A DNA stretch of 64,000 bases from Vicinamibacteria bacterium. GTDB taxonomy: Bacteria; Acidobacteriota; Vicinamibacteria; Marinacidobacterales; Marinacidobacteraceae. Both the position numbers and the translations under genes were made by a program. Shown here piece after piece: positions 39,678 to 48,940 of this stretch; within the stretch, counting starts at the first letter, position 1, and each line of letters starts with the position of its first letter. A model generated the notes under the pieces. That model did not search any database. It was not told where the DNA came from and was given only the letters and a program-made list of their open reading frames with translations. The stretch lies in the NCBI GenBank assembly GCA_963668695.2, contig CAXXLQ010000004.1:480001-544000 (forward strand). Reading direction: 5' to 3'.

Positions 39678-39858
39678 ACTCGTGGGGGAAGCGCCCCGCA
39701 CTGTTTCCTGGACGAAAGTCCCGCCGAATGTGCCGGTGTTTCCGAGTGCGGGGCGCTTCCCCCACGGGGTGATGCCGCGGTTCGCTTCGCGATCCGCGCC
39801 ATCGTTCTTCCTGGGGAGGGGAAACCCCTCGCCACCCCCGCGGCGCTCCGCGCCGGGC
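39678..39858. repeat. Structured repeat family C, copy 1
   Basis: Long hairpin CGTGGGGGAAGCGCCCCGCAC...GTGCGGGGCGCTTCCCCCACG plus further hairpins; homologous to the revcomp of 62752-62938. Confidence 0.7.
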
Positions 39859-39880
39859 ATCGAAACTCCCTTGCGCGCCA

Positions 39881-39950
39881 GGAGCGCCGGCCAGTTCTCC
39901 CGGTGGGGGCCTTCAGACCGGCATCGCCCGCGCAGGGGGCGAAACTCCCA
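39881..39950. repeat. REP-like family B copy with a 19-bp micro-insertion
   Basis: GGAGCGCCGG[CCAGTTCTCCCGGTGGGGG]CCTTCAGACCGGCATCG. Confidence 0.8.
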
Positions 39951-40277
39951 ATTTTCCGTAGCCGGGTTCCAGAGCGGTATCCGCGAGCGCGCTGCGGCGA
40001 GTTCCGATTCGTTGTTGCCTTTTGGTGAAAGGGGGGATGCCCCCCTTTCACACTTTCCCCCCGGTCTCGCGGGCAGCGAACAGAGTTCGCTGCCGTAAAT
40101 CTTTGCGCGCTCGGCGAGACGCGGCACAAAACCCCGGCGTTCCCACCGGTAGCGGTGCCCGACCGGGCACCCACCCGGAAGAACCCGCGGTGCACTCATG
40201 TCAGTTTCACCACGGCATCCGGACGGTCCGACGCGTCGGTCGGGGTTCGGCCGTTCGGGAATCCCCCCCTCGGGGAA

Positions 40278-40532
40278 TCAGTCCGAAGCGATCGAAATGA
40301 ACCGCCCGAGCCGGCCGCGGTTCCAGAACTGAACGACCCCGCCGATCTTGGCGAACAAGGTGTCGTCGTTCCCGCGCCCGACATTCGCGCCCGGCTTGAA
40401 CCGCGTACCCCGCTGCCGAACCAGGATGCTCCCGCCCGATACGCGTTCTCCGGCGAAGCGCTTGCAGCCGAGCCGCTTCGAGTGGCTGTCTCGCCCGTTT
40501 CTGGAGCTTCCCTGTCCCTTCTTGTGCGCCAC
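40278..40532 (-). CDS. rpmA: 50S ribosomal protein L27
   Basis: [30 protein letters not shown]. Confidence 0.97.
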   Translation of the reverse strand: MAHKKGQGSSRNGRDSHSKRLGCKRFAGERVSGGSILVRQRGTRFKPGANVGRGNDDTLFAKIGGVVQFWNRGRLGRFISIASD

Positions 40533-40613
40533 GGTGACCTCCTGAGTGTCTCAGCCGCTTTTCTTCCGTCGTGACTTTTGTCCTGGCGTGCGCCCGACCC
40601 GCAGCGAACCGAT

Positions 40614-40976
40614 TTACTCCGCTGCGGCGGATCCGTCTCCGCCTGTCCCGTCCGGTGTTCCCTCGTGAATGGCCTCCACGAGAACCTGAACGCGAGCCTG
40701 CCGATGTCCCTTCTTTTTCCGGTAACCCTTGCGCCGCTTGCGCTTGAACACCAAGATCTTGGGGTCTCGGTAGTGCGCGAGAACGGTTGCCGAAACCGTC
40801 GTATCCGACAGGTAGGGACTGCCGATGCGGCACTCGCCGCCTTCCGGATCCCGCACCATCAGGACGCGGTCAAACGAAACGGTGTCGCCATTGGCGGCGT
40901 CGAGCTTTTCCAGCGCAAGGCGCTGGCCGGGCTCGGCGCGGTGCTGTTTGCCGCCGCTCTCGATGATTGCGTACAT
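40614..40976 (-). CDS. rplU: 50S ribosomal protein L21
   Basis: MYAIIESGGKQ, KRRKGYRKKKGHRQ. Confidence 0.96.
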   Translation of the reverse strand: MYAIIESGGKQHRAEPGQRLALEKLDAANGDTVSFDRVLMVRDPEGGECRIGSPYLSDTTVSATVLAHYRDPKILVFKRKRRKGYRKKKGHRQARVQVLVEAIHEGTPDGTGGDGSAAAE

Positions 40977-41049
40977 GAGGTATCTGCCCGGAGAAACGCG
41001 GGATTCTAACAGTCGAGAGCGTATTGCAGGCCGCTCCGAAGTACGGACA

Positions 41050-42360
41050 TCAGGAGACCCGGATCGACGACAGCATTTCGACGTTGTTCTTCGTTCGTTC
41101 CATCCGGCCGAGCAGCAGGGACATGGCCTCCATCGGCTTCAGGCCGGCGAGCGCGCGGCGAAGCAGGTGGGTCTTCGGCAGTTCTTCCGGGGAAAGAAGG
41201 AGCTCTTCGCGCCGGGTTCCTGACTGGTGAAGGTCAATGGCCGGAAAGATCCGCGACTCCGCCAGCTTGCGGTCCAGGACGAGTTCCATGTTGCCGGTGC
41301 CCTTGAACTCCTGGAAGATGACCTCGTCCATCTGGCTTCCGGTGTCCACGAGCGCCGTTCCGAGGATGGTCAGGCTGCCGCCGTCTTCGATCTTGCGCGC
41401 CGCTCCGAAGAACTGGCGCGGGAACTCGAGCGCCCGGGAGTCGATGCCGCCGCTCATGGTGCGGCCCTTCCCGCGCATTTCCCGGTTCGCGGCCCGGCCC
41501 AAACGGGTAATCGAATCGAGGAGGATGACCACGTCTTCCTTCATCTCGACGAGACGGCGCGCCTGCTCCAGCACGATCCGGGCGACCCGGACATGGTCCG
41601 CACTGCCGCTGTCCGCGGTCGAGGCAACGACCTGGGCCTTCGGGACCGAACGCCGCATGTGCGTCACTTCTTCGGGGCGCTCGTCGATGAGCAGGATGAT
41701 GAGGTGGATTCCCGGATAGTGCTGCGAGATGGAAAACCCGATCTGTTCGAGCAGGATCGTCTTGCCGGTCCTGGGGGAGGCGACGATGAGGCCGCGCTGG
41801 CCTCGTCCGACCGGAGCGATCAGATCCACCACCCGTAGAGACAGCACAGCGGGCTCGGTGCGCGCGAGCTCGATGCGGGGAGCCGGATGTTCGCTGATCA
41901 GATCGGCGTAGTTTCGCCGGGGCGGCAGCGCGTCGACCGGGTACCCGTTGACCTCGAGAACGGTGTGGAGTTCCGCGCGCGGCGGCCCGCCGCGCCGACG
42001 GCCCCGTCGCGGCGGGCCGTGGTAGCCGAGGATCATGTGCCCCTCGCGGAGCTTGTGGCGATCGATCAGACCGAACGGAACCCGAACGTCCGAAGCCCGC
42101 GGTAGGAAGTTGTTGGCGAGGAGCCGCAGGTGGCCGCTATCGCGAGGTCCGATGTCCAGCAGGCCGGTGATCTCGACGCGGGGGATTTCGGGTTCCTTGA
42201 CTTGTGGTTCGGGTTCCTGCTCGCCAGCCTGGGATATCGGTTCCGTCACCGCGAAATCCTCGTTCGCGGCGGGGACGGGCAAGTCGGGCATGGTCGTTTC
42301 CTGAGGGGTGTGGGGCGTCTTCGGCCTGGAGGAGGTCTTTAGGTTGGGTGTGGTCTGCAT
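41050..42360 (-). CDS. rho: Transcription termination factor Rho
   Basis: GRGQRGLIVASPRTGKT, LIDERPEEVT, LDSITRL, EFKGTGNMEL, SGTRREELL; start may be 42291. Confidence 0.95.
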   Translation of the reverse strand: MQTTPNLKTSSRPKTPHTPQETTMPDLPVPAANEDFAVTEPISQAGEQEPEPQVKEPEIPRVEITGLLDIGPRDSGHLRLLANNFLPRASDVRVPFGLIDRHKLREGHMILGYHGPPRRGRRRGGPPRAELHTVLEVNGYPVDALPPRRNYADLISEHPAPRIELARTEPAVLSLRVVDLIAPVGRGQRGLIVASPRTGKTILLEQIGFSISQHYPGIHLIILLIDERPEEVTHMRRSVPKAQVVASTADSGSADHVRVARIVLEQARRLVEMKEDVVILLDSITRLGRAANREMRGKGRTMSGGIDSRALEFPRQFFGAARKIEDGGSLTILGTALVDTGSQMDEVIFQEFKGTGNMELVLDRKLAESRIFPAIDLHQSGTRREELLLSPEELPKTHLLRRALAGLKPMEAMSLLLGRMERTKNNVEMLSSIRVS

Positions 42361-42731
42361 GGACGGCGCCGCCGGGTGCGGAACCGGAAGAGGCAGGGCT
42401 CATAGGCAGGGCTCGATAATTCGAGGGCTCCGGGAAAGCGAACGGCGCTGGCACTGGCGAGGGTCGCCGGACAGCAAGCCTCACAGGCGAGATCGGGTCA
42501 GCGCGCCCGCAGGCACACGGAACCAAGTCTGCCGATCCGCGGATCGGAGTCCTCTGGAACGTCGATCGTTCTAGCGGGGAGAACCCTCCGTCGCTAAAGA
42601 CCGGGTCACTCTGGGTGGGGAACGCACCGGCAATGAAGCCGCGTCATCCCCCAGCGAATCCGAGAAGCAATTCTAGCACGCAAGCGGTCTTTTGCCGACA
42701 GGAATCCGGGTGGCCCGAACGCGGCGCGCGG

Positions 42732-43082
42732 TTACCGGGCCGCGATGGAGTGGACGGTCACCATGGTCTTGTCCTCGCTGAGGACGCCCGTAACCACGAC
42801 ATCGGTCCCGGCGAACTCCTCCACCTTCTGCTGGTCGTCCACTGCGTACACGGCATCGTCCGCCGGCACGTAGAGCTGGAGCGCCGCCCCCATCTCCACG
42901 CACGCGATCGCGCACTCCGGATGGGTCATCCCGTCCATCATGTGCTCCTTGCCGCACATCTCGTCGGTGACGTGGGCCTCCCACGTCTGCTCCTGCATGG
43001 CGCCCGCGAAAACGAAGGCGGACGTCGCCAGGACGAGGGCCACCAAAACGGAAATGGATGCAAGGGTTCGAATCAGGCGCAT
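42732..43082 (-). CDS. Small secreted Cys/His/Met-containing protein
   Basis: Signal peptide, DEMCGKEHMM...ECAIACVEMG, then beta-rich OB-fold-like tail; GGAGG RBS. Confidence 0.75.
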   Translation of the reverse strand: MRLIRTLASISVLVALVLATSAFVFAGAMQEQTWEAHVTDEMCGKEHMMDGMTHPECAIACVEMGAALQLYVPADDAVYAVDDQQKVEEFAGTDVVVTGVLSEDKTMVTVHSIAAR

Positions 43083-43135
43083 GATGCCCTCCCGCCGGCA
43101 ATCGTGCCGACTCTCATCCGGGATTGTGGCGCAGT

Positions 43136-43354
43136 CTGGCAGTCTGTGGATAACGTGACGTGAGCGCCGAGAGCGCCAGTTCTCCCGGTGAGGGCGAGGC
43201 GCCCGGCTGACAAGGCGCGCGAGGGAGGAGCCCCCACCGGGAGAACTGGCCCGAGCGTACTTCGACCGAAGCGCAACGCCGGGCGACGCCCGGAGCGTTC
43301 AGCCGGGATGCATCGCCGCTCGAACGCCGCGTGACGCTGTCTACAGGCTGCTCG
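43136..43354. mobile_element. MITE family A copy with two micro-insertions
   Basis: CAGTCTGTGG...CTACAGGCTG and the family core. Confidence 0.85.
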
Positions 43355-43398
43355 GGCCGGCCGACCACCCGCTTGGGTCAGTATGCTCCGCGCCGCCC

Positions 43399-44760
43399 AT
43401 GGGGAAAGCGCTAACCAAGCCGGTCAGCGGCATGCGGGACCACCTGCCTGCTCAAGCCCTGAAGCGCCAGGAAGCATTTCGCCGGGTCGAGAGCGCGTTC
43501 GCAGCGCATGGATTCGTCCCCCTCGAGACACCGGCGATGGAGCGGCTCTCCACCCTGCTCGGGAAGTACGGCGAAGAGGGCGATCAACTCATCTATCGCG
43601 TGCTCCACCGGGGCGAGAGGCTGTCCCGGGCGCTCGGCCGGGAGCGGGTGGAGGCGGCGGATCTCTCCGAACTTGGACTGCGCTACGACCTCACCGTGCC
43701 GCTCGCCCGGGTCACCGCCGAGTACCGCGCCGACCTGCCGGTGGTATTCCGCCGCTATCAGATTCAAGCGGTGTGGCGCGCGGACCGCGCTCAACGCGGG
43801 CGTTTCCGTGAATTCACCCAATGTGACGCCGACATCGTGGGGAGCAGTTCCCTCGTCGCCGACGCGGAGGCGCTTTTGGTGTTGCACGCGGCGCTGTCCG
43901 CCCTCGGTTTTTCGGATTTCACGATCCTGTTGAACCACCGGGAGCTCCTCCGGGCACTGATCGCGGCAAGCGGAATCTCCGCGCACTGTGAACAGAAAAC
44001 GCTGGTCGTACTCGACAAGATCGGCAAGATCGGCCGCGACGCGGTCAAAAACGAACTCGGCGGCCTCCCGGAAGTGGGACCCGACCGGGCGCGGCGACTC
44101 CTGGATTTCGTGCCGGGCGACGCCGAAGACCGGGAGGGCGATCTCGAGAGGCTTCGTCGTCTCGGCCAGGCACTGCCCGCCGGGCCGGGCCAAAACGCCG
44201 CCGCGGATCTCGTCGCGCTGCTCGATGCACTCGACGGAGCCCTGGGAGAAGCCGCTCCGGTCCGGTTCTCACCGAGCCTCGCCCGCGGCCTGAGCTACTA
44301 CACGGGGCCCATTTTCGAGGTGGTCGCAGCGGGAGGCGCGGGTTCGCTCGCGGGGGGAGGCCGCTACGACGGACTCGTGGGGATGTTCAGCGGAAGGGAG
44401 ACCCCGGCGGTGGGGTTTTCTTTGGGAATGGAGCGCATCCTGATGCTGCTCGAGGAAGGCGGGGCCTTTTCCGCGGAAGGCGCGGCGCCGCAGGCCATGC
44501 TCTGCCCACTCCCGGGAATCGCCGTCCGCGACACCCTGCGGATAGCTCGAACCCTGCGTGCCGCCGGATTGCGGCTCGACGTTCAGGTGGATTCGCTGAA
44601 AATCGGAAAGCAGCTCGGGCGCGCGGTGGCTGCCGGCGTCCCCTTCGCGCTGATCCTCGGTCCGGACGAACTCGCGGACGGCCGCTGCACGGTGCGGAAC
44701 CTCGGTTCCGGTGAACAGCGCACGGTCCCCCTCGCGGAAGTTCCGAAGCATCTGGACTAG
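43399..44760 (+). CDS. hisS: Histidine--tRNA ligase
   Basis: GMRD, LRYDLTVPLAR, GRFREFTQCDAD, LARGLSYYTG, GGGRYD, GMERI. Confidence 0.95.
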   Translation: MGKALTKPVSGMRDHLPAQALKRQEAFRRVESAFAAHGFVPLETPAMERLSTLLGKYGEEGDQLIYRVLHRGERLSRALGRERVEAADLSELGLRYDLTVPLARVTAEYRADLPVVFRRYQIQAVWRADRAQRGRFREFTQCDADIVGSSSLVADAEALLVLHAALSALGFSDFTILLNHRELLRALIAASGISAHCEQKTLVVLDKIGKIGRDAVKNELGGLPEVGPDRARRLLDFVPGDAEDREGDLERLRRLGQALPAGPGQNAAADLVALLDALDGALGEAAPVRFSPSLARGLSYYTGPIFEVVAAGGAGSLAGGGRYDGLVGMFSGRETPAVGFSLGMERILMLLEEGGAFSAEGAAPQAMLCPLPGIAVRDTLRIARTLRAAGLRLDVQVDSLKIGKQLGRAVAAGVPFALILGPDELADGRCTVRNLGSGEQRTVPLAEVPKHLD

Positions 44761-44812
44761 GAACGCCGGCCTTCAGGCCGGCATCGCCGCCCGTAGGGGG
44801 GCGAAACTCCCG
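44760..44812. repeat. REP-like family B copy, empty allele, directly after the hisS stop
   Basis: GGAACGCCGGCCTTCAGGCCGGCATCGCC...GGCGAAACTCCC. Confidence 0.75.
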
Positions 44813-44861
44813 TCGCCGCGCCCCGCGTGATCTGTCGCCATCCAGCGCGTCCTAAAACCCT

Positions 44862-45158
44862 TCAGCGCACCGGCGTCAACAGGACCCGGCTGCGATCGCG
44901 TATCCGCGGGTTCAGGGGATCGGGATTCCCGGCGCGCGGATCGGGGATCTTCTCGGCCCGAAAGCGCCTGCCGGACGCGAAGAGTCCCGGGTCCCGGATC
45001 GGGGGTAGCGGCCGCGATGGATCCCTGACGTAAAGACCGTCCTCCGTTTCGCGCATCGCTCCGACGAACAGGATTTCCCGCCACTTCCGCCCCGGAAGGT
45101 GGAAGGCCCCCTGATCGCCCACCGGTTTCAGGTCGTGGAAGGGGCCGGGGTCAGGCAT
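44862..45158 (-). CDS. Hypothetical protein (98 aa)
   Basis: Only sizeable ORF in the gap; plausible composition; no recognised motif. Confidence 0.45.
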   Translation of the reverse strand: MPDPGPFHDLKPVGDQGAFHLPGRKWREILFVGAMRETEDGLYVRDPSRPLPPIRDPGLFASGRRFRAEKIPDPRAGNPDPLNPRIRDRSRVLLTPVR

Positions 45159-45182
45159 TCGAGAAGGGAACGAGATGTCGTC

Positions 45183-45359
45183 CTAGGAGTCTGTCCCGGT
45201 AATGTTGTGAGCACCGAGACGGTCGAGGCGCCCGGCTGACAAGGCGCGCGAGGGAGGAAGAGCAGCGTTCTTTCGACCGACGCGCAACGCAGAGCGAAGC
45301 GGTTCAGCCGGGATGCATCGGCCGTCGAATGCCACGAGATTATCGGGAGAGGCTCCTAC
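45183..45359. mobile_element. Diverged MITE family A copy
   Basis: Family core conserved; TIRs changed on both arms (TAGGAGTCTGTCCCGGTAAT...ATTATCGGGAGAGGCTCCTA). Confidence 0.8.
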
Positions 45360-45374
45360 GATAGGCACGATCCC

Positions 45375-46103
45375 ATGGCGCAGGTACATGTCGTTCTCGT
45401 CCGGCCCCGCCGGCCGGAGAACATCGGCGCGGTGGCCCGGGTGGTCGCGAACACCGGGCTCGCCGGGTTGCGCCTGGTCCAACCCGGAGACTGGCGCACC
45501 GTCGAAGCGTTCCGGATGGCCTGGCAGGCGGAAGAAGTGCTCGAGGACGCGGCGGTATTCCCGACCCTGGCCGAAGCCGTCGGCGGTTGCCGGCTGGTGG
45601 CCGGACTCAGCGGCCGCGGCCGGGAGGTGATTCAGCATCTGACCCCGCGGGAACTCGCGGGCGAAATCGGCGGGATCGAGGCCGCCGGTGAGGTAGCGGT
45701 CGTCTTCGGGAACGAATCGAGCGGCCTCACGCTCGAAGAACGAAAGCTCTGCCAGCGGCAGGTCCGGATTCCCGCTTCACCTCGCCAGCCCTCGCTGAAC
45801 CTGGCCCAGGCGGTGATGATCGCGGCTTACGAGATCTTCGTGGCGAACGGCCCTCCGCCCGAGGACCCCATCCGCAGGGCCACGGCGGAAGAGGCCGAGC
45901 GCGCGCTCCTCACCCTGCGCGATGCGATGCTGTCGGTCGGCTTCCTCCCCCCCGAGAAACCGGAATCGCGCTTCGCCGAGTGGCGGGAACTCTTCGGACG
46001 CGCCGGACTCACCGAACGCGAGACACGCATGCTGATGGCCTTCACCCGGCGGGTGAAGGACGCTGGGACGAGGGCAGGAAAGCCACCGGCCCGGAGCGGC
46101 TAA
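45375..46103 (+). CDS. trmJ: TrmJ/LasT-family SPOUT RNA methyltransferase
   Basis: VVLVRP..PENIGAVAR, VFGNESSGL, SLNLAQAV. Confidence 0.85.
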   Translation: MAQVHVVLVRPRRPENIGAVARVVANTGLAGLRLVQPGDWRTVEAFRMAWQAEEVLEDAAVFPTLAEAVGGCRLVAGLSGRGREVIQHLTPRELAGEIGGIEAAGEVAVVFGNESSGLTLEERKLCQRQVRIPASPRQPSLNLAQAVMIAAYEIFVANGPPPEDPIRRATAEEAERALLTLRDAMLSVGFLPPEKPESRFAEWRELFGRAGLTERETRMLMAFTRRVKDAGTRAGKPPARSG

Positions 46104-46219
46104 GGAACGCCGGCTATCGGACCGGCATCGTTACCCGCGAGGCAGCAGAACGGCAAAACGCCGATCCGACCCGGCGCCCAGCCACCGCGCGGGTCTTGTC
46201 CATAGTCCCCTACCCTGTG

Positions 46220-46885
46220 TCAGAGGTTCTCCCGGAACAGGCGGATCACGCGGTCCCACGCATCCGCGGACGCCTCCGCGTCGTAGGCCGGACGTCGGTC
46301 ATTGAAGAACGCGTGGTCGGTTCCCGCATAGGTGTGGAACTCATGAGCTACCCCCGCCCCTGCGAGGGAAGCCGCCAGGTTGTTCACTGCCTCGGCGCTG
46401 ACGAAGCCATCGTTCTCGGCGAAGAGTCCGAGGACCGGGCAGCGGATCGCTTCGTAGTCGGGGTGGACGTTCGGGTGGACGCCGTAGAAGTCGACGCACG
46501 CCCCGATGCGCGGAGATTTGCTGGCGGCGTAGAGCGCGAGCTGGCCGCCCATACAGAAGCCGACGACTCCGACCGAATCTCCGGAAGCGACGGTCGCCAG
46601 GTGGTCGGCGGCGCCCCGCAGGTCCTGCTCCGCCCGGTCCACTGCGAGCGCCATCAACAGCTTGCCGGCCGCATCCGGCGAAGTCGTCTGTTCGCCGTGG
46701 AAGAGATCGGGAGCGAGCGCAGTGAATCCGGCCTCCGCGAAGCGGTCCGCTACCTCCTTGATGTGTCCCACCAACCCCCACCACTCCTGGATCACCAGGA
46801 CGCCGGGCCCCGGTTGATCCGGCACCGCCAGGTAGCCGTCCGCGGCGCCGCCGTTCGCCGCAAAGGAAACCATTTCACTGGGCAT
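46220..46885 (-). CDS. Dienelactone hydrolase family protein
   Basis: IQEWWGL, GFCMGG, FYG, HAFFND. Confidence 0.9.
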   Translation of the reverse strand: MPSEMVSFAANGGAADGYLAVPDQPGPGVLVIQEWWGLVGHIKEVADRFAEAGFTALAPDLFHGEQTTSPDAAGKLLMALAVDRAEQDLRGAADHLATVASGDSVGVVGFCMGGQLALYAASKSPRIGACVDFYGVHPNVHPDYEAIRCPVLGLFAENDGFVSAEAVNNLAASLAGAGVAHEFHTYAGTDHAFFNDRRPAYDAEASADAWDRVIRLFRENL

Positions 46886-47016
46886 TGCGACCCTCCTCGG
46901 AGGCGGCGATGCTACCAGCGGAGTCCCGCGGGATAGCGGAATTTCCTTCCGGAAAGCGCCCTTCCTTTGTTATCGTCGGCCGGTTGCTCCCGGCAGGAGC
47001 GAAAGGAAGGACGCCG

Positions 47017-48717
47017 ATGAGCCCACTGGTGGCGACCCTCATTTGTTTCGGGCTCTATTTCGTCGGCTACCGCTTCTACGGCCGGTACATTGGACGGCGC
47101 GCCTTTGGGCTGGACGATTCCCGCCCCACTCCGGCGCACGAATTCGAGGACGGACGCGACTACGTCCCGACCCGCAGGGCGGTCCTGTTCGGCCACCACT
47201 ACGCTTCGATCGCCGGCTTGGCTCCCATGCTGGGACCGGCGATCGCGGTGATCTGGGGCTGGGTCCCGGCGATGATCTGGGTGGTGCTCGGCACCCTGCT
47301 GGTCGGCGCGGTGCACGACTTTTCCGCGCTCTGCATCAGCATCCGCGCAAAGGGGAAATCCATCGGCCGGATCGCCGAGGACATCATCGGCCGCCGCGCC
47401 AAGTACCTCTTCCACGCCCTGATCGTCTTCCTCATCGGGCTTGCGATGGGGGTCTTCGTCCAGGTCGTCGCGCAGCTCTTCTCGAGCGTCTTCTATCCCC
47501 AGGCCGTGACGCCGAGCACCGCGGTGATGGTGCTCGCGATCGCCATCGGGTATCTCTCCTACCGGAAGGGCGTGCCGCTCAGGTACCTCGTGCCGGTGGG
47601 CGCCGCGCTCCTGTTCGGGAGCATCTGGCTCGGCATGGTGCTTCCGGCCCCGGATCTGTCGACCACCACCTGGAGCTTCGTGCTGCTGGCCTACGCCTTC
47701 TGCGCCTCGGTGCTTCCGGTGTGGCTGCTGCTGCAACCCCGGGATTTCCTGAACTCGATCCTGCTCTATCTCGGGCTCATCGGGATCTTCGTTTCCTTCG
47801 TCATCCTCAACCCCGAGTTCGCGGCCCCCGCCTACAACCCCGCACCCGCCGGCGCGCCACCCATCTACCCCTTCGTTTTCATCGTGATCGCCTGCGGCGC
47901 GGTCTCGGGGTTCCACGCCCTCGTGTCGTCGGGCACGACGGCGAAACAGCTCGACAAGGAGAGCGACGCCCCGTTCATCGGTTACGGGGGCATGATCGGC
48001 GAGAGCCTGCTCGGACTCTCCGCGGTGCTCGCCACCACGGCCGGCTTCGCGAGCAGAGAGGAGTGGCAGCAGCACTTCTCGAGCTGGAACTCGGCGAACG
48101 GCCTGGCCGAGAAACTGGACGCCTACATCACCGGCGCCGCCAACTTCCTCACCACCCTCGGGATTCCAGTGGAGGCCGGGAAAGCGTTCATGGCGCTGGT
48201 GGCCGTTTCCTTCGCTCTCACCACGCTCGACTCGGCGACCCGCATCCTCCGCTACAACATCGAGGAGATCTCGGAAAGCATCAAGGTGCCGTTCATCGGG
48301 AACCGCCACGTGGCCTCGTTGATCGCCGTCGTGATCATCGGCTTCTTCGCGCTGATGAAGGTTCCGGGCGGCCCCGACGGGGCCATGATGCCCGCGGGCA
48401 CGGCGCTTTGGGCCCTCTTCGGCACCACAAACCAGATCATGGCGGGCCTCACCCTCCTGTCGGTGACCCTCTACCTCTACTTCCGCAAGAAGCCGTTCGC
48501 CTTTGCGCTCATCCCGATGGTGTTCATGGTGGTGACCACGATCGCCGCCATGCTCTACAACATTCGGGAATACGCCGCTTCCGGGAACGTGCTCCTGCTG
48601 GTGGTGGGCGGGGCGATCATGGCGCTCGCGATCGCACTCGTCGTCGAGGGCATCCTCCGGGTCACGAAGGGCAGAGAAGCCGCGGTGGAGGGGATTCGCC
48701 GCGCCTTCGGGGACTGA
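47017..48717 (+). CDS. cstA: Carbon starvation protein A (CstA) transporter
   Basis: TPAHEFEDGRDYVPT, GHHYASIAG, QPRDFLN, IACGAVSGFHAL, TTLDSATR. Confidence 0.92.
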   Translation: MSPLVATLICFGLYFVGYRFYGRYIGRRAFGLDDSRPTPAHEFEDGRDYVPTRRAVLFGHHYASIAGLAPMLGPAIAVIWGWVPAMIWVVLGTLLVGAVHDFSALCISIRAKGKSIGRIAEDIIGRRAKYLFHALIVFLIGLAMGVFVQVVAQLFSSVFYPQAVTPSTAVMVLAIAIGYLSYRKGVPLRYLVPVGAALLFGSIWLGMVLPAPDLSTTTWSFVLLAYAFCASVLPVWLLLQPRDFLNSILLYLGLIGIFVSFVILNPEFAAPAYNPAPAGAPPIYPFVFIVIACGAVSGFHALVSSGTTAKQLDKESDAPFIGYGGMIGESLLGLSAVLATTAGFASREEWQQHFSSWNSANGLAEKLDAYITGAANFLTTLGIPVEAGKAFMALVAVSFALTTLDSATRILRYNIEEISESIKVPFIGNRHVASLIAVVIIGFFALMKVPGGPDGAMMPAGTALWALFGTTNQIMAGLTLLSVTLYLYFRKKPFAFALIPMVFMVVTTIAAMLYNIREYAASGNVLLLVVGGAIMALAIALVVEGILRVTKGREAAVEGIRRAFGD

Positions 48718-48940
48718 GCCGGAACCCGCACCTCCCACCGAGGACGGGCAGCGCCGAGCGCCCTCGCTTCGCACAACCCGGCGCAAAGGCAGATAGGATC
48801 GCCAGATCCTCAAAGGGGATCCGCGGTTCAGTATCACGGCCCTGGCGGCGCCTGAGTTCGTGGTCAAGGACGGCAAGGTGTACCGGCGCGACTGGCAGAC
48901 CCGGAACAAAGTCACTCGGCGTGGTCCGAAGGAGACAACC

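Noticed and set aside
42361-42731. Possible riboswitch or ncRNA in the rho leader
   Set aside because: Only generic GC hairpins are visible; no recognisable family motif.
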